Positions 1 through 12,800 of a stretch of 64,000 bases of DNA are shown here, piece by piece; positions within the stretch are counted from its first letter, which is position 1; every line of letters starts with the position of its first letter. The notes under the pieces were generated by a model, which saw nothing but the letters and a program-made list of their open reading frames with translations, ran no database searches and had not been told where the DNA came from. The position numbers were made by a program, and so were the translations under genes. This stretch comes from Adineta vaga (taxonomy: Eukaryota; Animalia; Rotifera): positions 11,036,001 through 11,100,000 of the forward strand of contig CP075493.1 in NCBI GenBank assembly GCA_021613535.1, given 5' to 3'.

Positions 1-1630
1 AAATGTGACATAATAGGAATGGCCAAGAATCCATGGTGCAACTGGAATCTGAATAGTCAATTTGAAATTTGAGTATGGCACTTGTGATGACCATCCAGCA
101 TCAAAGGATAGAGCCACTTTATGAGTTATCGCATCAATAAATTTGATATTAGTGCCATTGCGTGATGCTCGTTTAATATGGTATGCAGCTAAAAACAAGT
201 TTGGAAATCTTGTTAGAGACAATCACAAGATAAACAGTACCTTGGATTAAAAATACAGTGTGATTTTGTGAAATAATGCCTTTGGGTGAAATTGTATTTT
301 GAATAAATCTAAGTGCATCGAAACCGACGAAATATGTAATACACCATTGTTGATCAGATTGAATGAGAGTATTGTCAACAGCTGCAGCACAAATAGGTTG
401 AGGACCGTATTGACTGGCAATAGGAGTCCAGCTGAGAACAACTTCATAGATATCTAGATATGAGTAAAAATGAAAGAATAAATTTAAAGAATAAGTTTTA
501 TACTGACTAGAGCTTGAATTTAAAATAGCACTCTTTGTCATACCAATCGGAATACTAGTAATTAAATCGATTATAGTTTTATTAGAACAAAATATTTGGA
601 TAAAGACGTGTTCTGTTACATTAAAACCAATAGGTATACCGACACGAGCTAAGAAAAGTCAACAATAATAATGATCAATACTGAAAGAGTTGTGAAAGTT
701 ACCTTGATTGGTTCGATCACCAATAATAGCTGGTGGAGTAGTACAATTGTCGGATGTATTGTAACCATAGAGGAGAAATTGAAGTGAAACAGAACTCATC
801 GGTGTTGTTGATGAACTATCGAAATAATCTTCTATTTGTATTGCAACTGCAGCGTACATTGATATATTTGTTAAAGTAAATATAATGGTACAATTATCTG
901 AAATTAAAGTTGCGCCTGGAACACCTGAGCAAACGCCACCGCATTCATTAAATGCATTCGTATTATTCGTGGATCGGTCAGACCATCTGCATTTTAATAT
1001 ATCAGAGCCATCAAAATCGACCATATGAACAACATAAACTTGTTGTACATTAATTTCCTTGTAAATAAGGGGAAGAGCAACACCAATAGGACTGGAGTTG
1101 ATAAAACCATCAGGTCTAGTAATCGTGTTTATCCGACTGACGACGTTCCATGCACCATTACCGCCAATAACAATCAGATTGTATAAACAACTGTTAGAAA
1201 TATAACCAATGCTGAATTGAGTACTAAGTGGATGTGTTTCTGTTGTATATTTTTCACCAATACTAACATCAAGTGAATTGCTATAGTCAATGCACGGTAA
1301 GCTGGTGGTCGTACGGTTGCTCCAAGAGATACAGTTACCAGAAGCACATGATATAGTCAAATTCGAACCGATAAAACCTTGCGTAGCTATGGTTGAATCA
1401 TTACACATTGCCATACTGCGACGCCATAACCATCGTTGACGTATTAGTATATCAATAGTGACACCCGATGGAGTATTATTGACTGGATGCCTAGAGAATG
1501 TTTTATTGCATACAATAATGAAAGAACATATGTTGATGACTGACCATGTAATTGTACCACCAAAAAAATGTGATGCATCGAAGGTGTATATTTGTAAAAA
1601 GAAAATGATGAAAAATCTTCTGAATTTCAT
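1..1630 (-). CDS. Multi-exon secreted Cys-containing protein with N-terminal SHFxGGTITW motif (bdelloid-expanded surface-protein family); 3' end runs off the window
   Basis: Signal peptide MKFRRFFIIFFLQIYTFDA, then SHFFGGTITW, D.DG.D.LKCRW and NECGGVC motifs. 54-nt GT-AG introns at 1491-1544 (in frame, read through by the ORF track) and 649-702. ORF 173-541 and an open reading to position 1 (..PWILGHSYYVTF) are downstream exons. Confidence 0.75.
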
Positions 1631-2383
1631 CTAAAAGAACTTAAACTGAATGACTATAAGAAAGAGTAACAGAATATATATATGAGATAGAAAATAAAAA
1701 CTAACTGCTACTTATCCGTAGAAAACAATATGAAAAAATGAAATGAAACTAAGAATTTTCCTTCCTATATATATATATCTCTTTGGTTGTTTGCTCATTT
1801 CTAACCGATCATCGGCAATCGCAATTAAACTGATGACAATCTTGATAATTATTACTAAATCAATCAAGAGATCGTTTTACTAGAATGAAACTATCTTTAT
1901 GATAATACAATCAGGTTTTGAACGATTTGATCATTTCTTATCCTAACAATTGGATAAGTGAAGTCTTGGAGCTTGATAGTACTTAGTTGGTGATTTTGTA
2001 CCAAAATTTATATTGAAAGTGTCTACTAATTAAATTCTTACTGTTTATTCAAAGTTGTCCGAAAAAAGATCAACAGCACGATAGATCGTGAGAGAACAGA
2101 TTCGATTTATTAATATTACTAGCATGCTAAATGAACATTTCTATAATAACCAAACTTATGAACGATCTGTTTACTGATTATTTTATAGGAACTTTTTCTT
2201 TCTTCGGGAATAATCGAGTAACATTATAGACTTGAAAATAATTATGATCAAATTATTTGTTTAGTATCGTTCGATTGTTGTGTACTAGAGTTATGGAGAA
2301 GGGAAATTGTCGATAGTTTATTGCTTAGTAGATAATGGGAAATAAAAAGCAAAAATAAAGCAAGCAAAACGAATAATACGATG

Positions 2384-5300
2384 TTAGTGATCATTCATGA
2401 AGGCAAAGATACGAATAAAATCTGTTTGAAATTGTTTCCTATATGTTCTTGAAGGAAGAACAAAAATCAGAAAAATAAATATCGATGGTAAAACTGAGAG
2501 AAAATATCCGGAAAGATGAAACCAAAATCGACGTGATGAATTACTGCAATCTAAGGATAATGTAATACTAATATGAATTAATGATAAAATAACGAGTAGG
2601 AAAGGACTAAGTAAAAGATGTTTATATTGTTGTAATTTAAAGTAGAAATGTTTTAGAAATTGTTTATCTCGACGTAGTGTTGCACGTTGTTGTGCTGTTG
2701 CTAGAATAATAAATAGAGATGATAGTAAATTGATTGTTAATGGACCAATAAAATGAAACGAAATCATCCATAGATTGTAAGTTTGAAGCCATGGAAAATA
2801 ATGCATCACACACCATGTACGATCTTCCTTTTCATCATCAAATACAATCATATGAACAAATTGTGGAATCATGAATATCGTAATCAAAATAGGTAAACTA
2901 AAAATAATTCTTTTAGCTAAATAGATGCACTTCTTTTTGTTATAATTAGTTCGTTCATAAACACTATAGGCACGTTCAGTTGCTACACAAGCATGAAGCC
3001 AATTGCTTGTATATAAGGCAATTTTTAAAGGAATTTCAATTCCAAATCCACTTAGAATAACTAATTGTCGTCGTATGTCAAAATCAAATTGAGAAGAAAA
3101 TAAAAACCAAAATTTCAATGCAAATAACACAACAATAATCAATGATAGAATCGATGAAGCAAATAAATAATATCCACAACCAACATCTCGAATATTTTGA
3201 TTACTAAATGTCGATATACTTAGAATAGCATCGATGACACCACAAAGAAATATAATCATCGTCATTATTGAACTGAATTGTACAGCAAAAGGTTGTAATG
3301 TTAGTTTTGTATCACGTATAATTTCATAACCAAGAATTTCATCTAATGTCAAACCAAAACCTTTCGTATAGAATTGACAACGATTTCCGAAAAAACACTG
3401 TTGACATACACATATAGTTACTGATGGACATGATGGATGATCTTCGAAACATTGACCTTGATTTTTACACCAATCTTGTTTTGAACATTGTAAAGTTCGA
3501 TGACGATGATTGAAATTCATGCAATTTGCATGACGTTCGTCTGTACATAAACATAAATAAGATTCATCGATGAAGCATTGAAGATTGATATTTTCTTCAC
3601 ATAGACGATGATACAATTTTACTCGTCGAAGTCGTGACATTTTTAAAATACTTGAATTAAATAATGATTCGATCGAAGGACATTGTCGTTCAGAAGTCAT
3701 CGATGTTGATAGATATCGTCGAGATGTTCGTTGAATTACGACAAGATAAAATCTGTTATTTGCTTTCACTACAACTAAATTGTATGATATAAACGTACGA
3801 AAGGTAACAATACGTTGAAAAAGAGTTAATTTTTGAAGAATAATAGTAGTTGTTGGTTGGGATTCATTTGAAACACTGATAAAATAACCAATAACATATG
3901 AAGGAACATTGATTTGTTCGAAGGAAACATCAAGTTTACTATGTTGTCGTTCACAATGTACTCCAAAAAAATTCTCTGAACAAATACAACGATAACTGCT
4001 ACCTTCGATACTAATATCTGCTGCAACACATTGACCACCATTTAAACAAACATTCGACGGACAAATTGAGGTTAATAGACATCGTGGACCAGACTTAGTC
4101 ATTGGACATACACATATTGTTTGATTGTTGAGTGATCCCAAACAGATCGAATCATTTGAACAAACTTTACAATTCATATGTGCAATTCGACAATCAATAC
4201 CTGACCAACCGGAAAAACAGCGACAAAATGATTGTTTCGTATTTGTATATTGAATACATCTACCATTGTAGCATTGTGAAGTACAATTGGATGAAATCCG
4301 TACGATAGTATCTGAGATAACAATAGATTTAACTAATCGATTAACTGGTAGAAAAAGAAAGTCAATAGTGAAATGCCAACTTTGAATGTAGTTCAATTGA
4401 GTTTTGTCATATACATGCACAATAACACTGTAATTCTTTGAAATATTCTTAGGTCTTATTGAATATAATAAATATCGATTAACTTTAAGATTACAACTAT
4501 GTTGACCAATATATACAAATTGATCATATGATTCAATATATTGATTTTGTTCATCGACCAATAGAAGTATAATAACATACGAGATACGTCTCTGAATGGC
4601 AGTTAAACGTAAAGTCACACTTACGCGTTGATTTTGATATTGACAAAAATCTCCATAGTAACTTGGAGGACACAAACATCGATCAATGATAGTACCATTA
4701 TCAAATCGAACAACAAGTCCACGATTACAAAACCATGGCCATGAATGATGCGTGTTAGATGGTCGAATACGACTGGTTAAAACAGATGATTGTCTTGATT
4801 GATAATTGGATTTATTATAGACATTCGTTTGTAATAAAGGATAATTCGAAGAAGTATGTATTGAAAAGTAACGACTTGGACTATTTCCAAATAATCGACA
4901 AAATAAGTCTTGAATAAGATTGAAACTATTCATTGATTTATTGTAACAATTGAATTGATGTTTGATACAAAAGATTTCGTCCGCATTCGATGGCAAACAA
5001 TTTGATATACCATCACATAATTTCGAAAATGGTAAACATTCATCTGTATCAGGACAACGAAAACGTAATGGATCTTCATTGGTTGGATATAATGCTAAAC
5101 AATATTTCATTTCATCAGATCCTCCAAAACAATTATCAGTATTGTCATCAATATGATCTGAAGATAAACAAATCAATGTATGATTGATCGGCGAAATACA
5201 GGCATACTCATCAATTGAACAACCTGTTTGTGCGCAACTAACTTCATCTTGACCATTGTCACATGTCCAGAAGTCATCACATCGTGAATACATATTATTA

Positions 5301-6976
5301 CATGGCCATCGTTCACAATCTGATTCATCAGTATTGTTCCTATCATCTGAAGCACTGATCATAGGAATTCGATCACAGATTTGTTCGAATGGAATATCAA
5401 GTTGATCTGTATTAAAAAGCATTGGACAATCGATTTCGCTAAGTGAAGGTGATAGACAAAACTTTTCATCTGGACATTGTATTCGATGTTTTATATGTAT
5501 CAAACAACTTGAAGACGTATTTTCATCATCTTGCAAATAACAATCGATATTTTGATCATGAATACGATATTTTGAAATAATTTTTGTTGAATTTTGACAA
5601 AAATATAATGCTGAACTATTCTGATTCTGTATACTTTGCTTCTGATATCGAATAGAACAGGGTCGAAAATAGCTGTCTACCCATAGTACGAGATCAACCC
5701 ATATGTTATCCGTAAAAGAACTAAATGGTTCATTTAAATCACTCGTTCTTACGCAATTTTGACCTTCATATGTTAAATTCGCTACAAGAAAAGCACAAAC
5801 ATGTTCATCGTAGCAGATATAATCAGGTATAAAATTGAAACTATCATTGCGAATTAGTTGAGTATTTGTATAGAGAAAACGAATATGACCAAAATGAATA
5901 GGAATAATTGGAAAATGAAACATAGATGGACAATCATCTTCTGATACAATATCATCGCATTGAAAAATAATTTCAGTAAGACAAAGTATGGCATTGTAGC
6001 ATTTATCCGATAGATTACCTTGATTAAATAGAGATTTTTTCAAAATAACATGACGACCATTATGACAATAGTCGAATTTATCGACACATTGACCATCTCC
6101 ACATGAGAATTGATATCCATATGGTTTGCATGCATGTTCTTCACAACGAAATCGTGGATCTTGAAAACAAAAATTCATATAATTATCTAATAATTCATCC
6201 GATTGATCTAGACAATCAGCACCATCAAATTCATCTTTCCATAAAACTTCTGGAATACATAAACCATTATGACATCTAAATTCATCATCTTCACATTCAT
6301 TCAATTCCATTTCGAAACATTCTGCTTCATCTTCACCTTCATCTAAACAGTCAACATGTCCATCACAGATTTCACGCCAATCAAGACATATCGGTGTTCC
6401 ACCTCGATTACATCGAAGATGAATATAACATGGTAATGGTATGATTAGATCTGATATTTCCGAATAAGCTACTCGTTTATAAAATTGATCACGAATAATT
6501 TGAGAAATAAATCGATTTTCATGCGAATGAAATGAATATTGACAATGATCACCAAACCAAGGTTCAGTGCAATTATAAATATATTCATTTAATGAAGGAT
6601 TGGGTTGATTCATATAGAATTGATATCGTTCAATTGTATCAATCGATATTGACCATGAAAGAAGCTGCACAATTGTAATATTAGTAAAAGACATTTCTTC
6701 AAAGTTCATCGTTATACCATTCGTGCTTTTGATTTTATCCATTGATGGTATACTTGTTTCGTTTACTCGAAGACAATAGGGAATCAATTCATCAATGACA
6801 TTTGCTAATTCTTGATAAATCATTGTTCGATATTCTTTGTAATAATAGAGACAATCAAATTGTAAAGGATTCCTACTCAACTGTAAAGAACTTTCATGAA
6901 GATTCAATGAATCAATCATCAATATCCATTGATTTAAGACTATTAGACGAAGAAGTTGACATTCCTTGACTTTCAT
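2384..6976 (-). CDS. Giant intronless LDLa-repeat/EGF-repeat 7TM (rhodopsin-like) receptor
   Basis: 1530-aa ORF with LDLa repeats (CLDWREICDGHVDCLDEGEDE, CDDFWTCDNGQDE), EGF repeats (CLCPPSYYGDFC, CRCFSGWSGIDC) and 7 C-terminal hydrophobic helices with a DRY-like CVATERAY. Confidence 0.9.
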   Translation of the reverse strand: MKVKECQLLRLIVLNQWILMIDSLNLHESSLQLSRNPLQFDCLYYYKEYRTMIYQELANVIDELIPYCLRVNETSIPSMDKIKSTNGITMNFEEMSFTNITIVQLLSWSISIDTIERYQFYMNQPNPSLNEYIYNCTEPWFGDHCQYSFHSHENRFISQIIRDQFYKRVAYSEISDLIIPLPCYIHLRCNRGGTPICLDWREICDGHVDCLDEGEDEAECFEMELNECEDDEFRCHNGLCIPEVLWKDEFDGADCLDQSDELLDNYMNFCFQDPRFRCEEHACKPYGYQFSCGDGQCVDKFDYCHNGRHVILKKSLFNQGNLSDKCYNAILCLTEIIFQCDDIVSEDDCPSMFHFPIIPIHFGHIRFLYTNTQLIRNDSFNFIPDYICYDEHVCAFLVANLTYEGQNCVRTSDLNEPFSSFTDNIWVDLVLWVDSYFRPCSIRYQKQSIQNQNSSALYFCQNSTKIISKYRIHDQNIDCYLQDDENTSSSCLIHIKHRIQCPDEKFCLSPSLSEIDCPMLFNTDQLDIPFEQICDRIPMISASDDRNNTDESDCERWPCNNMYSRCDDFWTCDNGQDEVSCAQTGCSIDEYACISPINHTLICLSSDHIDDNTDNCFGGSDEMKYCLALYPTNEDPLRFRCPDTDECLPFSKLCDGISNCLPSNADEIFCIKHQFNCYNKSMNSFNLIQDLFCRLFGNSPSRYFSIHTSSNYPLLQTNVYNKSNYQSRQSSVLTSRIRPSNTHHSWPWFCNRGLVVRFDNGTIIDRCLCPPSYYGDFCQYQNQRVSVTLRLTAIQRRISYVIILLLVDEQNQYIESYDQFVYIGQHSCNLKVNRYLLYSIRPKNISKNYSVIVHVYDKTQLNYIQSWHFTIDFLFLPVNRLVKSIVISDTIVRISSNCTSQCYNGRCIQYTNTKQSFCRCFSGWSGIDCRIAHMNCKVCSNDSICLGSLNNQTICVCPMTKSGPRCLLTSICPSNVCLNGGQCVAADISIEGSSYRCICSENFFGVHCERQHSKLDVSFEQINVPSYVIGYFISVSNESQPTTTIILQKLTLFQRIVTFRTFISYNLVVVKANNRFYLVVIQRTSRRYLSTSMTSERQCPSIESLFNSSILKMSRLRRVKLYHRLCEENINLQCFIDESYLCLCTDERHANCMNFNHRHRTLQCSKQDWCKNQGQCFEDHPSCPSVTICVCQQCFFGNRCQFYTKGFGLTLDEILGYEIIRDTKLTLQPFAVQFSSIMTMIIFLCGVIDAILSISTFSNQNIRDVGCGYYLFASSILSLIIVVLFALKFWFLFSSQFDFDIRRQLVILSGFGIEIPLKIALYTSNWLHACVATERAYSVYERTNYNKKKCIYLAKRIIFSLPILITIFMIPQFVHMIVFDDEKEDRTWCVMHYFPWLQTYNLWMISFHFIGPLTINLLSSLFIILATAQQRATLRRDKQFLKHFYFKLQQYKHLLLSPFLLVILSLIHISITLSLDCSNSSRRFWFHLSGYFLSVLPSIFIFLIFVLPSRTYRKQFQTDFIRIFAFMNDH

Positions 6977-7235
6977 AACTGATTTTATGTCAAATTAACA
7001 AAATAGTCATGAATACAAAATAATATTTAAATATTATTGTATTCCAAAGCACAATCAAACCGTTAACATACTTTGTGTTGATTGATATTTAAGCAAAGAG
7101 AAAATTTATATTATATTTCTATCAGAAATAGAGAAAAGAGAAGAGATTATATTACAAGTTAATAAGCAAGTTTGAGAAATGACACGTACAATACAACGCC
7201 TATTTTCCAAATACGACATTTATTCAGTTAAATCT

Positions 7236-8277
7236 TTATTGTTGATTAGTCTGCGTTCGACGAGCAATAGTCAATGGCATAATTTGATTTCTGTTCCGTT
7301 TATTAGATAAACGTCTGAATACGTATAAAACTTGTTGCCTAAATTGTTTTGATGCTAAACAATAAGAATAGAAGGAACTCTAAAACGAGAAAATGATCGG
7401 ATTAAAATGAGAAAATCAAATTAAATATTATTACTGCGTTGGTATTGTAAGTATAGATGAAGAAGAAGACATTGATCAGTTGTTCTTGAGTTTGACGATA
7501 AGTATCTTTCAGAAGATTTGCTGTTGATGTAAAATAAATTTGTGCAAACGTGTATGGAATTTGAAAGATAACAATAGTAAAAATTGCAAATAAAGTCATA
7601 CGTATCATTTGTTTGTTAAGGTTAGAAATGATACGTCGGTTATGTAAACTCGATTCATACAAATTTCGATAGGATAAATATCCAAATAAACTGACAATGA
7701 ACAATGGAAGAATAACCGATAGTGTAAGAATTGTAAAATAACTTCGATATTGAGCATAGATTGTATTTGTTGTTTGACATCGCCAATTCGGTATGATGGG
7801 TGCTTGTTCCATGAAATAATATGGAGATTCATTACAAATCCATAGAAATAAAAATCCTATGATAAGAAAATGAGCTCTTCGAATCGTACTCTGTTGACGT
7901 AGCCGAGCATGTCGTGAAGAACATAATAAAGCATCGATTGATTGTAAACAGAGACAAGTATATGATGAAAGAGATCTAATATATAGCAATGGTATACGTA
8001 ATCGACACCAATTTTTGCTTGTTAATGAACTATCACGAAAACCTTGAATGATAATATGACCAGTAAGACCAAATATAAGTGTGCTCAAATCAAAGCATGC
8101 TTTTGCGAGCATATAAAACGAACAAACATTTGTTTTATAATTACTCAAAGTCAGAAAAATAAGAATATTTAAAATATTACTAATGATACCAAGACTAAGA
8201 ATAGGAAAACCAATAGCAAGTGATAGATATTGTGTTACTAATTGAAGTTGACGAATTGCTGTATCATTTGAAGACAT
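7236..8277 (-). CDS. Orphan rhodopsin-like GPCR, 2 exons
   Basis: TM1 GIISNILNILIF, TM3 CRLR..LCLQSIDA. Intron about 7380-7434 inside TM7; last exon SSFYSYCLASKQFRQQV...QTNQQ* ends at 7236. ATG at 8277. Confidence 0.85.
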
Positions 8278-8885
8278 CTTTAAACACTTTTTCAATAAAG
8301 ATTTTGTTCTCGTTTAGACAAACCTTTCAGACCTGTTATATATATATATATTCCATTTTTAATTAAAACGCTTCTGATATTACCTGGTATCAACGTCAGA
8401 TGATGACGTTGTCACCATAATATTTTCCGTTTGCTTTGAGCAATAAAATTATTTGAATATAATACGCTTTTCATAAAACGTATCTTCAGGTATAGTGCCA
8501 ATAGAATGCACTTAAAAGTTTCCGAAAATATTCTTATACTTTATCAAGTTCGTTTGAACTCATATTTTCTTTCTCAATTATAGTTTATTACGAACACCTG
8601 CTGTCTACATTGAAATCTTATCAAGATGTGTGGCAATTTGCCAAAGTCGAAAACAAACTTCTTAGTCTATTTTTTTCGCGATTTAAAGATTCGCTACATG
8701 ATGATATTGAGTGTGATCTGCATATGGAAAGGATAGAAGAGTATATGCTTTCAATGTGATAATTTTTGAAGGTGCAAGATATAGAAAAAAGAAACTAGGC
8801 GGGATATTCTTTCTCTGGCATATATATATATATATATAGCGACTTAATTTAATAAATCTTGAATATATTTAAACGGATATATAAT

Positions 8886-9469
8886 ATGTTTACATTATTT
8901 CTCTTCTTCATGTACTTTCTTCCATGCCTGGCGTATAAAGATTCCACAATATTATACTCAAAATATCCATGGTTACGGTTACTATCAACTCCAAAATTAT
9001 CACAAACAGTTTTAGGAAGAAGCAATTAGATCAATGGTGCATACATTGTTGGGTGGAATGATGGAGCTACTATTGGTCTAAATTTAGCAATGAATTATGG
9101 GCAAAGATTGACATCAATATTTGCATTTGCTTCTAATTTAATAATGTTTCATGTGTGAAAAATATTGCAAATTCATCTGTTTTCAATGCATTACTTACAT
9201 GATCCAAAGTTGAATATCAACGATTAAATCAAAAGAAAGATTATGATAATTTATATAGCAATTTAATAACAATGTGGAATACTCTTCCCAATTGCACGAA
9301 AAATGATTTCGGTAATATTCGTCAAAACTTACCTGTTGGCATTGTTGATGGCGATCATCCAGACACAATGACAGAATGGATTCTAACACGAACAAGTCAT
9401 TTTACTTTCATCCAACAACATGATATGTATACTCAATCTTTGGAACAATTTTTATTGGATAAATTCTAA
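8886..9469 (+). pseudogene. Degraded secreted alpha/beta-hydrolase of bacterial type (HGT candidate)
   Basis: Manual translation: signal peptide MFTLFLFFMYFLPCLA..PWLRLLSTPKL, in-frame TAG, YIVGWNDGATIGLNLAMNYGQRLTSIFAFASN (GxSxG elbow with Ser>Asn), frameshift near 9140, TGA, then MWNTLPN..IVDGDH..SHFTFIQQ. Confidence 0.75.
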
Positions 9470-9864
9470 ATCTACGGTTGTATCATTCTACTAAATGTTC
9501 ACTTCTGTATTATTTCGAATTGTTAATTTGGTTGTCTCTAGTTTATATGATATAAACTAAATGAAGTTATAAGAAATATATCTTGATGATATAACAACTA
9601 AATAAAAAATAATGACGTCGAAATTCATATAATAAAAATCTACTTTGGCAATGGCTATAGTTTTTAACCGATATACTACCTAATAAAGATATGACGTTTA
9701 TCATTTTAAACATTCAGGATGAACGAAATAAAAGGATAGAGATAATAAACCATTTATTTAAATATCGTCTACAAAATATATATTATGAAAATATTGTGTT
9801 AATAGAATACAGCATGTTGAATTCTAAAACTACAAAACAAACACCCTCAATATGTTTTAACCAT

Positions 9865-12800
9865 TCATCGTTGAATCTTTTTCTCTAATGTTATCATCAT
9901 ACTTCTATATAATATATAATGTGGATGCTTATGATTTGTTATTTGTTTCAAAGCACGTTTATAATATAATAATGCTAAATGATATTTTTGTCTGACTTGC
10001 TCATAAATTAATCCAATGTTTTTATAAACTTCTGCACGACATGGATGTGTACGACAATCTTTGTACATGCTCAACGATTTTATATAATGTTTCATCGCTA
10101 TTTCTACTTGACCAACTTTAAAATATACATAACCAATATAATTGTATAAGATTCTTTGCCAGTGATGATAATAATGATTTTCATTATATAAATATTCCCA
10201 TGCTTGTCCAAAATAATCTAAAGCAACATAATAATTATCCAATTTACATTCAACTAAACCTATGCTTATATAAAATATAATCGTTGCGATTCGTGTCTTG
10301 TCATCAGTCAAAAAATGTGTTTCTGATGCTTTCGAACAAAGATCGTGTGCACTGATGATTTCACCATATTCTAAATGAACACATGCAATATGACTATAGA
10401 GACGAGTGTAATAATCATTTTGTTTATCATTTGGATGTTTTCGAAGAATATAAAATGTTAATAGATAATACATTAAAGCTGATTGATATTTTCCATTTCG
10501 ATCACAAATAAGACCTGCTCCAATGTAACAATCTAAAAGACTGATAAAATTCACATCTTTCATACTGACTTGACAATCAATACTCTTTTTTGTAACATCA
10601 TAAGCTTTATCGTATTCTCCGATCAGCATTAAATTGTATATCTGTTGTTGATAAACATTTATAATATCATTTGGATTCTTTGAATAATCGAATGCTTTCT
10701 CATAACAGGCAAGTGCACTATTATACTTTTCGCTCAAATTATAGTATAAACCAACCATGTCATAAAAATATCTCAAATCTTCATTGCTCAGATATTTTTT
10801 GAATTTGATTATCGTTAATAGGTATTTCAATGTCTCATTACAATTCCATGGTCTTGACGAATAAAGTGCATTTGCTGCTAAAGTATGATTGCAAAAAAGT
10901 GTGGAATAATCAATTGGAGTGCATAATAAATTATGTTTGATTGCTTGTTGATAATAAATATGAGCATAATCATAATTTTTCATCTCGTAATACGATAATG
11001 CTGTTATAGAATAACACATAGCCAACGCTGGATGGTCAATAAATGGTGAATTATGTAAAAATGTCAATGCAATGTTACATTTTGATATTGAAATTAAATA
11101 GTCTTGTTTTTTATGATAAGCTAAAGCAATGAATTGATACGTTGTTCCACATTCATGATAATCATTCGATATAGATGTCAACATTTTTTCAAAATTTAAA
11201 ATCAATTCATCGTAATGACGTACTGAAAAGTGGTACCTATTTTGCCTTTTTAATTCATTTTGTCTTCTGTATTCGATAAATATTTGTTCCATCATTTGAA
11301 CATATTTTAGTGTTTCTTCATAGTTATTTTTATTCACAAAATAATCTGCAATTGAATTATAAACCAAGAAGATCATTTGACTCGAGCAGACAGATTCATT
11401 TATATGTTTTTCTGTAAGATCCTTTCTGCCATGAAACATTGTCAGTCTATCTTTTATTGGAATCTTTGTCATATTTGTTAGTTCTAAATATATATCACGA
11501 CATTTTTCAAAGTAGAATAATGCTTTATCAGAGCCACTTCCTTCGATTGTAGTGTATATGTTACCTAGCTTGAAATATATATAAATCAAATCACGGTAAC
11601 ATGGTGGAATATGAGTTAGTTGAATATTCACACACGATTGATAGCATTCTAATGCAGTTAAAAAATCATATTGTTCTCCATAATAATCTCCAAGAATGTC
11701 ATAGCAATTAGCTTTCGTCGGGTTTAATAAATGGCTGTTTTGTACAAGCTGAATAATTTCTTTGATAGAATTCTCCTTCTCGTCCGGACATAGTCGCATT
11801 AATTCTAAATGACAAGAGATGATAAAATCGAAATCTGTATTTGATATCTGATGCTGGAATCGTAACGCTTCTTTGATTGAAACGATAGCCTTTAATAAAT
11901 CATTTTCCTTTTGATAAATAGAGGATTGGTAAAAATTGATCCAACAGATTCGATCAATATGATTAACGGATTGTTTCAGTTGAGAAATAAGTTCAAGGGT
12001 TTTATTGAAATAATCCAAAGCCATTTCTGTATTGTTTAGAAAATGATAAATTTTTCCAATATTGTAAAATATTGGTATTTGGTCATCCGTATCTTTCCAA
12101 ATATCCAGCATTTTGAATGACAGATTCAATGCTAAATCATAATCACCACATATCCAATAGGTATCAAACATATTGTCATACACAGTTCGCTTTAGAGAAT
12201 CACTATTTGATAAAACATTTTCAAATTTCCGATAAATGTTAAATGCTTTTTCAGTGTAATGATATCTGGCTTCATAATCTTCACGATGAGTGTACAACTT
12301 TACAAGTACATTGCAAATAAAAATATGTACTAATGGTTCATAATTTTGCGTACGCTTCTTAACGCATTCAATTAAGTCTAGAGCTTTTTCTAAATACTGC
12401 TCAGCTAATTCTGAGTCTTCATCACGAAAATATACATAACCTAGATATGTATACAGACTTATGAACATTGGGTGTTTTTTGGGTAGTGCTTTCAGTGCAA
12501 TTTGAAGCGCATCATTGAAATATTTTAGTGAATTTTTATAATCAGATTTTTCTGTATAGACTAATGCAATATAATAATATGTTTTTACACAATTCTTGTG
12601 CGTGGGAAGTTCGTCCAGACGAATATCTAATGCTTGTTGTAAATAACTGATCGCATCATAAAATAATTTCCTTTCTCTATATACGTGACCAAACATATCA
12701 TATAAATCAGCTAATTCTTCTGGATCCAGTTCCTCTTCATATTTAATTGCATCACGCAAATATTCTAAAGCCATGCCAGATAGATTCTGTTGTTGATATA

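Noticed and set aside
3826-5355. Short overlapping or antisense ORFs within long genes (also 24412-28534, 30949-31948, 59747-61540)
   Set aside because: Shadow frames of the long coding sequences with no motifs of their own.
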